Shown here piece by piece: positions 13,843 to 27,848 of a stretch of 64,000 bases of DNA. The stretch's first letter is position 1. Each line of letters opens with the position of its first letter. Below the pieces are notes generated by a model. That model saw only the letters and a program-made list of their open reading frames with translations. It ran no database searches and had not been told where the DNA came from. This stretch comes from Lama guanicoe (lineage: Eukaryota), in contig MU054122.1 in the NCBI GenBank assembly GCA_013239625.1, positions 460,773-524,772 of the forward strand, written 5' to 3'. A program made the position numbers and the translations under genes.

Positions 13843-15470
13843 CTTAATTACCTCCCCCAACAATGACAACAACAACAAAATTCCTAGACAAACAAAAGCT
13901 GGAGGAGTTGATCAGCACTAGATCAGACTTATAAGAAATAATCAAGGGAGCTATTTAAGGAGAAACAAAAATATTTCATTAGTATCATGAAAAACATATG
14001 AAAATATAAAACTCACTTGTTAAGATAAATATATAGCTAAAATCAGAATATTTTAATGTTGCAGTGGTGGTGTGTAAATCACTCACAACTCTAGTATAAA
14101 GGTTAGAAGCTAAAAGTATCAAAAATAACTACACCTACAATAATTTTTATGGATGCATAATGTAAAAAGATGTGAATTGTGACATTAAAAACATGAAATG
14201 TGGGGAATTAGTAAAAGAAAAGTAAAGTTTTGTATGCCATTGAAGTTAAGTTGTTATCAGCTTAAGATAGACTATTATACCTGCAAGATGTTTTATGTAA
14301 GCCTTATGGTAACTACAAAACAAAAACCTATAGTAGATACACAAAAGATAGAGGCAAAGGAATCAAAACATACCACCACAGAAAATCATTAAATCACAAA
14401 GGTAAAGAGGAAAAAGGAGCTACAAAACAGTCAGAAAATAATTAACAAAATGGCAATATTAAGTCCATAACTATCAATAATCACTCTAAATGTAAATCGA
14501 CTAAATTCTCCTATCAAAAGACATAGTATGGCTGAATGGATTTAAAAGCAGCTACCAATTATGTGCTGCCTATAAGAGACTCCCTTCAGCTTTTAAGGGC
14601 ATACACAGACTGGAAGTGAAGGGATGGAAAAAGATACTCTATACAAATGCAAAACAAAAGAGAGCAGGGTAGCTACACTTATATCACATAAAATAGACTT
14701 TAAGTGAAAAACTGTAACAAGTGACAAAGAAGATCATTATGTAACAATAAAAGAGTCGATTCTTCATGAGGCTATAACAATTGTAAATATTCGTGTATCC
14801 AACATTGGAGTGCCTAAATCTATAAAGCAAATATTAACAGATCTTCAGGGAGAGATAGATGTAATACAATAATAGTGGGGGACTTCAATATTCCTACTTT
14901 CAACAATGGAGAGATCACCCAGACAGAAAAACAATAAGGAAATATTGGATTTGAACTATATCTGAGATCAGATGAACCTTATAGACATAAACAGAGCATT
15001 CCACCCAACAGCAGCAGAATACATACACTTCTAAAGAACATATGGAACATTCTCCAAGATAGATTGTATATTAGGCAGAAAATAAGTCTTAACACATTTA
15101 AAGAGAATGAAATAATATCAAACATCTTTTCTGACCACAATAGTTTGAAATGAAACTGCAAGGTTTTTTTTTAAATTGACAAAACTTTAGCTAGAATAAG
15201 AAAAAGGGAGAGACTATTCAAATAAATAAGATCAGAAATGAATGAAGACATTACAACCGACAGCACAGAAATAAAAAGGATGATACAAAACTACTATAAC
15301 AATTATACACCAATAAATTGGATAACCTAAAAGAAATCAACAAATTCTGAGAAATATGCAACCCACCTAGACTGAATCAAGAAGAAACAAAAAAATCTGA
15401 ACAGATAGATTATGAGAGAGGATTCTGAATCAGTAATCAAAAACTACCAGGAAATGTCCAGGACCAGGTG
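12430..15470 (+). mobile_element. LINE-1 with 5' region, ORF1 and the ORF2 endonuclease; 3'-truncated
   Basis: ORF1 remnants (NPKRPTLRHNVIKLSKVKDKERILKAAR). ORF2 start at 14450 (atggcaatattaagtcca..ataatcactctaaatgtaaat), atagtgggggacttcaat (IVGDFN) at ~14872 and tctgaccacaat (SDHN) at ~15130. Ends at ccaggaccaggtgg with no RT domain or poly(A). Confidence 0.85.
13717..13880 (+). mobile_element. Vic-1-like tRNA-derived SINE (camelid) with (TAAA)n expansion
   Basis: ggagggtatagctcagtg (A box)...gggttcaatcccc (B box), then (taaa)n and taattacctccccc. TSD ttcctagaca at 13707-13716 / 13881-13890. Confidence 0.85.
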
Positions 15471-15499
15471 GTTGACTATAGTTTGCCAACCCCTAATTT

Positions 15500-16300
15500 A
15501 GTCACTTTTATTGGTGCTCTTTTTAATGCAATGTGTCTTTTTTTTTTTTATCTCTAACAGATTTTAAGATATTCTCTTTTGTTCAAGATAATCTTTAGGT
15601 TTGTCAAGAGCTTGACTCTTATGTGTGGGGATGTGATTTTCTTTGTTTCTATTCTGTGGGGATTTGCTGAACTTCTTCATATTTGTCTTCAGTTTTTAAA
15701 TAATTCTTGACCATTATCTCTTCAGGTATTGCTTTCGATCCACTCTCCCCCTCCTCTCTTTCTCAATTACATAGGTGTCTCACCTATTTTTTTTTTTAAT
15801 GTTTGGTTCTTTAATTTTATTCCCTCTCTTTGTTTCAGTTTAAATATTTTCTATTCATCTGCATTCAAGGAAGTAAGTGTGTTTTCTGCTGCACTAAGTC
15901 TCCTCTTACATCTGTGCAATGAGGTCCTAATTTCAAAGTATTTTTAAAGTTCTGGTATGTACGTTTGATTCGCTTTTTTAAATAGATGCCATTTCCTTGT
16001 TGAAATTCTCCATCTTTTATTCCATTTTGCCTTCTTTTTCCCTATTTTCTTTAACATATTTAAAGTCCCTGACTGTGAATTCCAACATCTGCATCATCCA
16101 TAAGTCTCCTTCTGTTGTCTATTTTTTCTCTTGATTATTGGTCACATTTTCCCATCTCTTTTAATGGATCTCTTTTTAAAACTATATGCTAGACGTGGTA
16201 TATTGAAGAAACATAAAGATTAAAAGTGATGTTTTTATCTCCTAGGGAGTGTACCTATTTGCTCTTTCTTAGGCAAATAGTGCAAGGAACTGATCATCTC
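15500..16300 (-). mobile_element. Old L1 ORF1-region fragment, antisense
   Basis: T-rich antisense L1-like text (ttaagatattctct.., ccattatctcttcaggtattgctt, gttgaaattctccatc). Confidence 0.55.
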
Positions 16301-16727
16301 AATTCAATCAGAAACAAGCTATTTAGAGCTTGATTCAACCTGTATGTCATTCACCTTGGTTTGCAATTTGATTTCTTTTGGCAGGCCCATCTTTTCACAA
16401 AGACTCTGTATGCTAAGCCTCTTTAAAATGAAGGAGATTTCACTCTACCTTTCCAGCCAGCTCTTGGCTCTCCCATGAAAACACCCTCTGGGTAAAAATG
16501 GCCAAGTGTTTGGGGAGCTTCTGCATTCCATTCTGTTATGCCAGCTTACACAGCTATCAAAAATTTCACTGGCTTCTCTTTCCACCAGTGGCATTTCTCT
16601 GCTTACACCAAGCCAAATCTTCAGTCTTTAGCCAGATTCAGCAAATGTCCCTTGGGAAGAAACTTGGCAGCAATCTGTGCTTATTAGGAAGGGCTCTTCC
16701 CTCCCTGAAATTTTATGTCATCTAGTC

Positions 16728-16894
16728 CAGTGTGGTCCCTAAATCCGCAGCATCTGGGAACTTGTTAAAAACAAAAATTCCCTGGCTCCAACTCACACAT
16801 ACAGAAATCAGAAACTCTACAGAGTGAAACACAGTAACTGCTTCAACAAGCCCTCCAGGTGATTCTGATATATGTTAGAGTTTAAGAATCACTG
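16728..16894. mobile_element. MER5A-like hAT-Charlie non-autonomous DNA transposon
   Basis: gcagcatctgggaacttgtta..aatcagaaactct..aacaagccctccaggtgattctgat..gtttaagaatcactg resembles the recalled MER5A consensus. Confidence 0.7.
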
Positions 16895-17501
16895 ATGTCG
16901 TCCTCTTTGATTAGTTCTCTAAGGCCTTTAAATGTATGATTAATTTATCTGCTTTTCTCCGTAATTCTTATCTCAGGAGCCATGACCTGCCACTACTTAC
17001 TGCATTCTCTCCAGAGGCAAAAGTTCCCTACACTTTTTCTTAATTGTTAGTAAGGTAAAAGGATGAAATATTGCTGTTTGACAGCCAATAATACTTCCCA
17101 TCTCTTTAAGGACAACAAAGTTTCTTAGGAAATTGTATCAACTTCATCTCTAGCTCCAGAAATGGACCCAAATTAATACATCCTTGGTAACTGACTCAAG
17201 GGCAGACACATAACCCCACCTAATCCAGTGATGCCTGAGGGCCTCTGGAAGATAGATACTTTTTCTACTTCCACTAGTTTTGATGGAGTGAATATAAGGT
17301 GTGAAGTTTGACTTATTTTACTGAAAATGAGGAAATGAGTCCCAGGGATCTGAAACTATCTACCAGTAGCCATTCTGTCAATCCTGAGAATGTAACCTAT
17401 CCAAAGGTAGACCTGAGAGGCAGGATCCAGATGACATGATTTGAGCCCTGAAGCAAGCCACTCCTGAACTCTTCTCTACCTGTGGAACTTTCATATACAA
17501 G

Positions 17502-17611
17502 TAGGATGATCAACCATCCTAAATCGCCTGTGACTGAGTTTCCCAGGAAGAGGTACTTTCAGTGCTAAAACATGCAACGTCTTCAGCAAACTGGGGTGAC
17601 TTAATCCCTTA
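17502..17611. mobile_element. MER81-like hAT-Blackjack element
   Basis: taggatgatcaaccatcct..gactgag..actttcagtgctaaaac..gcaaactggg..ccctta; about 110 bp, quasi-palindromic. Confidence 0.6.
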
Positions 17612-18917
17612 AATACAAGAGATATTTACAGCGAATATATCTTTATATATTTTATCACAGGAAATAAGATGCAAATTGACAAGAAAAAAGAAGGGCAGAG
17701 ACTTTTTTGTGATGAGTTTTTCTCACCAGATTTTTCTTTCATTTTATTTCCTCTACACCTTTGGAAAGATAGTGCATTTTAAACTTAAGTCACAACATTT
17801 TCACTCTCCACTGCAAGATTGCTATAAGGCTTTTCAAGAGACTAAACTATATGACATTAAATCTAAGTCTATTTATCAAAATGATAAATGAGTAGAAATG
17901 CATTTAAAACACATCATTAACAGTCTTCCACTACAGTATTGGGCAAGTCCACTTCCTTAGGAAGTAACGAACTAAAAAGGAACAAAAACAAACTGAATAC
18001 TATTGATTTTAATTTGTATAATGTCTCATAAAAAGTGCTCTCAAAATGCCTGAAGAAAGGTTTGTGATGCACAAAGTAGAAGCAGAAGCTACACTATACA
18101 TTAAATTAAATTAGGGAATATAACTCCAGTTTTTATTCTATGGGTTTGTGTGACTTAACTTTTACCTGCATTTGTATCCTTAGAGGTTCAAGAGGAATAA
18201 TGTTAATGACCTATTGCATTTGGCCATGATGAAGAAAAACCTAAAATGATGTACTCTAAATCGCAAGATGAATATAAATTATTTTCTGATTAATAATGAA
18301 TAACTTTCAGCCATATTGCTCTCCTTATCCTGACATCTGAGGTTTCCAAAACTACCTTGGAGGAGACTTCTGGTACCTTAAAAAGAATAGCAAAATAACT
18401 CAAAAGTGTGAAGTTGCAAAACCCATCATTTTAAGAGCATGATCCTAATATAGGAGCACAAAATAAACCCTTTCCTTTTCTGTGACACAGTTGTCATCTT
18501 AGTTTTGACCATGACTGTTAATTTAGCCCATGACTACTTCAATTCCAGCTGAGCAACAGAAACTGTAGTTCATTAAAATCCATTTCTCAATTCAAACAAC
18601 TGCCAACCATATGAGTTGTCCCTGCAATTAAGGAAATGTAAAGTGATCCCCCACAGAGAGCAATGAAGTCAAGTCAGAAGCTAGGCCAACAAATCATTTT
18701 CTTTTTACGGTTTCCCAGAAAAGCTTTGGCAGGGGACATGACCAGACCATGAACTAGACTGAATAGGTGGCATTTTTTGTGTATCATGCCTCTGTGTATT
18801 CACCACACAAAAGAACTTCTTTTACCCTGGATTGTGCTAGGTTCTGGATTCTGCCTAGATTCGATACACTTCCAATAATTCTGTTGCAGTCAAGTTTTAT
18901 ATTATCAAGAAATCTGT

Positions 18918-19217
18918 GTTAACTCATCTATAAAAGAGAAACAGACTCAGACATGGTAAACAATCTTATGGTTACCAGGGAAAGAGGGGGGAGGGATAAA
19001 TTTGGGAGTTTGAGATTTACAAATGTAAGCTACTATATATAAAAATAGATTTTAAAAGTTTCTTTTGTATAGCACAGGGAACTAAGTTAAATATCTTGTA
19101 ATAACTTTTAATGGAAAAAAGTGAAAATGAATATATATATGTATATGCATCACTGGGATATTGTGCTGTACTCCAGAAACTGACACATTGTGATTGACTG
19201 TACTTCAATTAAAAAAA
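18918..19217 (+). mobile_element. 5'-truncated young L1 3' end
   Basis: L1 3'UTR plus A-tail. Perfect 11-bp TSD aagaaatctgt (18907-18917 / 19218-19228). Confidence 0.85.
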
Positions 19218-22200
19218 AAGAAATCTGTAGAGTCTTTCTGAATGATCGCAACATTGAATAGATCAAGTCTACACTGCTTTACTTCTAAATTCCCTTCATT
19301 ATAAATTTATATAAGCCTCAGGCAGCTATAAATCTACTTCTCAATGCATTCTTATAACTGAACTATAAATTTCTTTGCACTTGAAGTAATTCTTTTTTTG
19401 TCTTTCAGCATAAGAAAGTATGAATTCTGCACAAAATTATTGCAGCATTTATTCAAAAAGTCATTTATCCCATGTCTTCCTGAAAAACAAAATTATTTTA
19501 TTAAACATCACACTGCTACCTTCCTGATAGCATTTTTGCACGTCCTTAATTTTAATGCCTTTCTAGGTTGTTCACTTGATTAATTTTAGGGGAAATACGA
19601 GAACCTGAATTCAATTCATTGCCATGAATGACTCATTTTGAAGCCTTGTTTAAATCTGATATTAATAATCAAATACAAAATTATGCTCTATCAAGTCTGA
19701 CAATTCAGAAACTGCTTGGAATCCATGAAGTCAGTACAGAAATGTGGAATAATTACTGCATGAACATCAAACAATTTCCCAGCTCACTAGCTCTGTCCCA
19801 GTCCCCCCACACTTTATCACCACCTCCTTTGTCCTTCCTCACCTCTGCCTCTTTCTGACAGAGACACATTCACACTCAGATGCTCACACATACTCATCCA
19901 TTATCTGAGAGATTTCAATCAACCTAATCACAAAATTGCATGCAGAAAATTAAGTGGTTGGTTTATCCTTTCATCATACACATCATCCCCCCATCTCTGT
20001 AATATCTTTCAACTCTCTATTGTGCAGAATTCATACAGAAATAAATACGTGGACCAACGGACTAAAACACAAAGCCTCAAATAGATCCTATTCTCCACGG
20101 ATTTCTACGGTTGCAAATTTTAGAGCAAAAGATCACAAAGGAAAATATAAACAGCTTGTGTACACACTGAAGCACTTGTGCCCACTGGGAGGTGGGCATG
20201 GGAAACCTACAATCACAAGAGACAGAGAGAGGGAAAGGAAATTGCAGCAAAACCAACAGACAACGATAAATATTTCTACCAGAGAAACAGCTCTTTCAAA
20301 TCTGTACAGAAAACATCAAGCATCCCATAGATGTAAACAATGAAAAAATGTTCATTTTAGTAATCAATATTAAGACAGCTCTGAAGTACCATTTTACACC
20401 TATTAAATTAGTTTCAGAAAACATTTTACAAATGCTGGTGAGGCTGGAATAAAAGAGTAAAATTCATAGAATTGAACATTAGTATAAATGTCTGGAAAAG
20501 CAACATGACAAAAAATGCATCCCGAATTACTCTAACACTCATACTATTGAACTCAGTCATGTAATTGATCGATATTTATTCTAAGGAAATAATACAATGG
20601 AAGAAAAAACTATCTTCTGAAATGTGTTCACTTCAGAATTATTTATACAATAATGCAACGACAGACTTACAAGAAAACAATTTAAGAGATAAAAATATCA
20701 TCTGCTGGAATTTACCCACTGCAGCCTTATTTATACATTTAAGTGGAGGGGGAAAGCTTAGAATCAAATCAAATTAATATTCCAAAAAAGAGAAGAATTA
20801 CATGAATAATATCGGTCCCATGAAATACGATATAGCTATCCTGAATAATTATAATTGCTATGCATACATCTGAAAATGACCTAAGTAAAAAAATTATGTA
20901 ATTACAAATATATTAAAATATAGAGTGTAATTATGGGCTTTTTTCCCTTCAAATTTTCTTTGATTTACAATATATTTTTAAAAAATAAAAATGGGGACCC
21001 TTTTGTAAATCGGTACCAGCCCATAGGCACCTTATAGTGAAACCAAATCTGTGGTATGTATTTCCATTGAGAAATAAGAAAGTTCTTCATCAACTTGTTT
21101 CCTCTGCTTCCTGGACACCAGCATCCTTCACCATTTGCTTTGGCTCTGTGACTAAGTGCCAACAGTGTATCTGTGAATTCCACAGCCACATCTGGCCCAT
21201 AAAAACGTCCTACATGTGAATCTGTGTGTCTCTCCTGCTCTGCGGTAGACAGGCACATTGATCATGGAAGCCATGTATGAAACATGGTACAGGTAGGGAA
21301 TCAAAGAAGGCTGGGTCCCTGAGTCACTATCTGGAGTGAGCTGGATATACTATTAGAGGAGCTGGTTTTACTCCACTACTCCCTGACTTTCAGTTTGAGG
21401 ATTTCTAATTAGCATTAGCAAGCAATTAGTACAAATTAAGCTGGCGCTTTGTCACACAAAAATTCCAAGTTAGAACATTGTAGCTCCCATGCATATAACC
21501 CTGATTTTATTCTTTCTCTTTCAGTAAGGATGTTAACTAGACTTATTGTGGTGATCATTTTGCAATATATACTTGTGCTGAATCATCTTGTACACCTGAA
21601 AATAATATAATGTTATACATCAATTTTATTTCAATTTTTAAAAAACACTATTCTAATTTTTTACCTGCCATGCCCCTTCTTCCTATTTAGACTCTTTTTT
21701 TTCAGCTGAGCAAAAATTCCTAATTTTAGTGTCAAAGTATCATATCGACAAGCCTTTAAAAATACCCTGTCCAGTATCATACAGAAGGAGCATTATTGGT
21801 TGACGAGTCTACAGCCAGTTACCCCAGGTGGCTGTTTGGCAGACACAGGTAACCTGTCTAACAGCCAAATGAAGGTCTAGAGCAAGAAAAAGGAAGTCTG
21901 AGAGCTTATGGCCCTGGGATGCATTCATGTGTTAAAATTTAGCCCTATGTCTTTTATGGTTCAAAGACTTTAAAAGTCGATGCAGTTCAGAAAATTTGGA
22001 GCCTTCAAAGACTTTGGGGAGAAGGCTAAAAGAGGGGGTCACATTTCTTGGCATTACCACCAGATTGAATTGTCAGATTATATCCTCCTCAGCAGGGATG
22101 GAGACACTTAGCGTCACATGCCATGGGCTATCTCATGTCCATGCAGACACCACTAACGACCTTGGCACGATTCCGAGTCCTTGGCAGCCACTAACCATCA

Positions 22201-23754
22201 ATCCATTGGGAGGACATGAGAGGCTGTCGCCTCTGCTCCAAAGGCTGGGAATTTTCTCTAAAAATCTTGCAATTATTGTTCAAGGCTGCTTGCCCTCAGA
22301 CAGTGGGAGGGCCTTATGGAGCTGACAAAATGATTTAAGTACCTTGAAACAGGAAGAAAGAATCAGATATAGGAACTCTCAAAAAGAAAGATATGTTTGC
22401 AATTTTAAAAATCATTCATTGTTCCATTAAGCTGACCCAATACAAAAAAAAAACCAAAACAAAACCCAGAAGTGTGTAACTTTCAGTCTATAATTAATGC
22501 ATCAATTCAATTAATCTAATCAAAACTGATCAGAACCAAAGTATTATTTATTCCTTTTTTTTTTTTTTACTTTTTTCTTTTTTTGAAGTATACAGTTCAC
22601 AATGTCATGTCAATTTTGGGTGTACAGCACAATGTTTCAGTCAGATATATTTGTTATAATTACCCTGTAATACTTTGAGAGACTTTTTTAGGAAAACTAC
22701 TATTAAATACCTGGAGTTAAATGTGAACTTTAATGTGGCGACATGTACGTACTGTCTGACTCTTTCCTCCTGACACACGTGCCCCAATCAGAATGCCCAT
22801 CACACATTTGTTTTGTGTCTCCCTCTGTTTTGTAATCCAGGCTCTGGCTAGAGCTCCAACCTCACGTTCATCACTTCTCAAAAGATAGATGCCTGTGTGC
22901 CAGCTGAACAGAACTACTTGGAGTTTCCCCAAATCCTCCAGAACTGGGTGCCCGAGGCTGCAGTTGCCTCTGCCCAGCACACCCCATCCCATCTTCTCCA
23001 CTTACATGAAGACTCAGCTCTGTCAAGACTCAGCTCCAGCCTGCCCCCCCCAACAGAATTTTTCCTGGGTTAGCTGCCCTTCTCCTGTGCTCCCCCCCAC
23101 CCCACCATAGCATCCTCACGAAGGACTTGGTGCACACATTTCTGGGAGCTTGTTTGGAGGTTCTAGCAGGGGAGCACAGTTACTTGTATATCCTCAGCCA
23201 AGAAGAACGGTCCTCCTCTATTGGGGATGGTGGTCCTCTTAGACCCAGCATGCAGCTTCAGGAGGGACGCACGTGGAGTGGTGAGGGAGGAAGGGGACAA
23301 CTGCCTGGTCAGCCAGAGATCAGCCAAATCAAGCCTGGTGATCAGTGGGGAGACAGATGTCGCAGCCGGATCACCCTTACATCCAACCCACATTTTACAT
23401 TATAGGCTGTTTTGTCTTTTCTTTTTTTTTTTAACAGACTGTAAGCCCCTTGAGGGCAGGAACAACCTTTCATCTCTTTATGCCCAGAGCACAGTGTTGG
23501 CGTATAGATAGTTGCTTAATGAATTCTGCAGGGTAGAGCTGTTTTGAAAAGTGATGCTAAGATCACTTGTTAACCTAATCCCATACCTCAAAGTTCTTTA
23601 GTTTGCTAGAATGCAGTTAAGAAGCATGGTCATTGAGGTGTTTTAGAATTAGATTTTTTTTTTGCCATTACAATTTGTAAGTAGTTTGCCAGAAATTCCT
23701 AACAAGATGCTTCTCTTTATATACTTGCGAAATTTAGTCTTCTGTTGATAGAAT

Positions 23755-24480
23755 CCATTCATTCAATAAATATTTCAATACCAGCTCTATGCCAAGCTCT
23801 TCTAGGTGAAATGTAGCAAGGAAAGAAAAGAAAAAGACTAATAAACCTGTCCTCGTGGAATTTACCTTCCATATAGGGGGAGATGCAAACTACACAGGTA
23901 TGGATTTTGCCAAGAGTTATGAAAAAAACTAAGCTAGAGTCTAGTGGAAGGAGAATGCAGTGGAGGGCAGAGTTGCCACTCCATAGGGTAGTCAGGGATG
24001 GCTCCTCTGATAAAGTGATATTCTGAGCAAAACCTAAAGGGAAGGGTAACAGCAGGTGCAATGGCCCTGAGGCAGGAGCCTGAACGGCATTTTCCAGCCA
24101 CAGCAAGGTATCAAGTGTGGCTGCAGCAAAGAAAAATGAGGCAGAAGGCCAGGGTGGGTTGGGGGTGAGGTTATGGAGGGTTTGTAGGCTATAGTTAGAA
24201 CTTTGGCTTTTACTCTGAGCAAAGTGGTGAGTAACTGGAAGATTCTGTGAAGTGGGATGACACGGTCTCACTTTTGTTTTCAAGATAACTGACTGCCCTG
24301 TTAAGAGCAGACTACAGGGAGCCAGGGATGCAAACAGCCAGGAGACTGCAGTGACAAGATAGGCCAAAAAAAAAAAAAAAAAAAGGTGGCCAAACCCAAA
24401 ATGGTATCAGCAGTAGAGATATGAAATGTTTGTATTCTGGATATACTTTGAAGTTCAAGGCAACAAATTGTGATGAGAGC
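23755..24480 (-). mobile_element. L2 LINE fragment
   Basis: cattcattcaataaatattt terminus and typical L2 text (ctttggcttttactctgag..gtaactggaagattct). Confidence 0.6.
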
Positions 24481-27400
24481 TCAGTACGCAGGTGATGACT
24501 GCAAGGTGTGGGGAATAGATTCCGCAATTTACTGGTTTGTGGGATTCCAGTAATGTGTACCTTTGTGGGAAATATAAACAATGTCTTCTGTATTTATTTT
24601 CATGTTAGATGATAAGATCATATCTATAAATTATATGCTCAAAAGTCGCAGGACTATCTGAGGGTGTACATTCTCCCCTTCCTTCTCTCCCCAGTCACCA
24701 AATCCTGGAGCTTCTCTCTTGACATCTCAAAGTCTCATCCTCCTTTGCTTTTTCTCTCATGTTCCCTCAGTCAAACCTCTCAGTGCTTCTTGCTTGAATA
24801 AGGCAGCAGCCTCCTAACTGGCCTCCAGCCTTCAGTCTTTGATGCCTCCAGTTCCTCCCATAATGATGAGAACACAGGTGGAGTTGTCACAGCCATGTCC
24901 AAAAACCTCTCATGGTCTTTGTCCGCTGAATCAAGACCATGCCTCTGCACGGGGCAGGAACTCACTCGGTGGGCTTTTCTAGCCCTGTGTCTTATTACAT
25001 AGCCCACCACATGCCCATTGTTTTTGTTGTATATGCTCCTGGCCTCTTAGTTTTATTGGTTTGCACACCCACCCTTTCCACACCTGCCCCAGCCCCAAAC
25101 TCACTTCTAACTGTGCATGCTGGAATGTTTCCCATCCTTAACGCCCGTCATTCCAATGAAGCCATGAAGCTTCACCCAGGAAGAATTCATCTTTTCCCTG
25201 GTACACAGGATGGATGAAGATTTGCTCCTAAGCTCTGGGATGCTGACCAGCAAGCCTCCTGGCAGACGGGAGCCAGGTGGAGAATGAGACGGTGGTCTCT
25301 CTCCTTACCCTATCTCCAACACAGGCAAAGAACTGTGTTCCACAATCTCTTCTTCATGGACCAGAATAGCCGTAACAGTTGGACACAGATTCCCATGACA
25401 ATGACTTTTAGGCTGGTAATGAACTCTTAGAGGAAAATACTGTCTTAAAAGAACAAACTGAACTACCCAGGGAAGAAAGGAGACTGACCTAAGGCACTTC
25501 TGTTTGTCCTTTGTCATCCAAAAGAGAACTTCCTCACCAGTATCCTTTCTTCTGGAACAGAATTAGCAAACTACAGCCTGAGACTCAAATTCCAACCACA
25601 CCCCTTCCTGTAAATAATATTTTTTTGAATATGAAAGAAAAAGAATTAATATTTTCCTCCCCAACACACTCACCCTTCCTTGGGTCTCTACTTAGCACTC
25701 TGTATTGGTTGTTTATGTGTATGTATTTCTATAGCTCCTTTTGGACATTGACCTACTGTATGAGAATGCAGAATTTGTTTTATTATCCACATCTCTCCAG
25801 CATCTATCAGAGCTCTGCTCAGAATAGATCCTCAATAAATATCCATAGTAGGCTTAAATAGCAAATTGCTACCGCAGTGAGAACAGTCTTAATATTGAGA
25901 AAAGATCCGCAGAATGTTGGGTTGGTCCCCACCCACACACAACCAGTACACAAACACGTAATTTTTTCAATGCATTTCCTTTTCTTGGACATCATTATTA
26001 TCAGAGTCTGTTTAGAACAAAACCACCAAAACAACGTAAGTTGTTTTAAAGGTCATAGTCAGATATTCTCCATAAACATAAGCCTCTCTGGAGTGATATT
26101 TAGAAAACACTGCAAAGCAAATTAGATGTTTTGTTCCTCTGAGGCCAAGTCTGTTTTTTTTTTTTCCTTTTTGTGTGCAAATAAAACAATATTGATTTTT
26201 CTTCTTCTTTCACTGAGAAAAAAATTCTTTAAAATACACTGGGCAAACTGCTTATGTGCTGCAGAAAGCCAGATGTTTAAGGACACTGAAATAGAAAAAT
26301 GAGAATTTTATCTCATAACTTAAAGATGTCTTTAGGGAAAACTGATGAACGCCGTGATTTGGGAACTGGAAGCTAGTTATAGTGCGCTTAATATCAGGAA
26401 AGCCTCCAGTACCCACTTCACTGCTGCATTAATATTATTGGCATAAATGTCTTTTCCTGCTAGATTGTTGCCCTCAAAGCCACACTTCACTCCTATGTAT
26501 TAAAACTATTGGTATAAATATCTTTTTTCACTAGATTATAAATTCCTTGAGGGTTCTATTCCCTAAGGTTATCAGAACTTATAAATGTGTTTTTCCTCAC
26601 TAGATTCTAGGTTCCTGGGGGAGCAGGAACTGCCCTTTATTTATATCCCACCAGCGCTTACCGTAGATCTTTGCACACAGCATTCACTCGAAGAGTGTGA
26701 AATTCACCTTGCCCCTTGGCTACCACTCTGTTCGACTTCCGTTCTCTGCTAAAGGACACTACAACCTCTCCTTGATTTAGAATCTTGTGTCACTTGCATT
26801 GGAGGTTCAGAAGCTGTAGCAAAGACTCCAAGGAACAGTAGTTTAAAGAGTCCAGGTGTAAGCTTCACTAGACCCACTCCTTGGGTGGAGCCTACTGGGC
26901 CGGTGACTCTGGGATACTGGATATGGTTGTGTAGGATCCCCCTTTCTCCTAATGCTTGTTGTACCACTCTGTGGGGTCCCAGGCACACTGTGGTCTCTGC
27001 CCACTTTGCTAGTGTCTGTCCAACTGCACAGCTGTTGCCAGCAGTCCCACGGCTGCTCCGTGATGGGAGAGATCCATGCTCCTTTTTCCTCTTGCCCTAC
27101 TCTTCCTAGGGAGTCCCGAGATGCATCATGCTCCAAGATGAATTGCTGCCCCGCATCCACATTCCAGTAAGAGCACGCTTACTGGAAGCTAAACATGTCA
27201 CTTCTTGAACATCATTACCCAGAACTTAGTCACACAGGCACGCCTAGCTGTGACGGACACTGGAAGAGCTCTCTAGTCTCAGTGGTGAGTTGTAACTCAA
27301 GGGTTCAATTACTATAAGAGGAGAACAGATTTAGGGGCTGACTACAAGTCTCCATTACAAACCAGAATGTCACCTTTCACTTTGTCACTTAACATTTCTG

Positions 27401-27599
27401 GTTCTGCAATCATGATTACCACCATCCTTCTCCTATGTTCCTGATAACCAGAAGTACATCATCTGTTGTCTGAATTTCTGCAGCAACATCTGTGAAGAAT
27501 GACAGCTTTGTTTCTTTCTTGCTCATCCATATACTTTCCCCCTCACCCTGTATTTCACTATCCAGGACCACCAGAATAAAGCTGAATTGAAAACATAAT

Positions 27600-27848
27600 A
27601 GTGGGGTGGGGCTGGTGATAAATTAGGAGTTTGGAATTACCATATACACAGTACTATATATAAAGGAGATGAACAACGAGGACCCACTGTATAGCACAGG
27701 GAACTATATTCAATATCTTGTAATAATCTATACTGAAAAAGAATATATATGTTTTATATATATGTATATATAACTGAACCACTTTGCTGTACACCTGAAA
27801 TTAACACAACATTGTAAATCAAATATACTTCAATTTGAAAAAAAAAAA
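27600..27848 (+). mobile_element. L1 3' end with A-tail
   Basis: tatagcacagggaactatattcaatatcttgtaataa..tgtacacctgaaattaacacaacattgtaaatcaaatatacttcaat followed by A-run. Confidence 0.8.

Noticed and set aside
21996..23511. ORFs of 92-109 aa in moderately GC-rich intergenic DNA
   Set aside because: Mostly non-ATG starts, no recognisable homology and no convincing splice structure.
23759..24367. 202-aa minus-strand ORF
   Set aside because: Lies within an L2 remnant, has no protein-family features and starts at a non-ATG codon.
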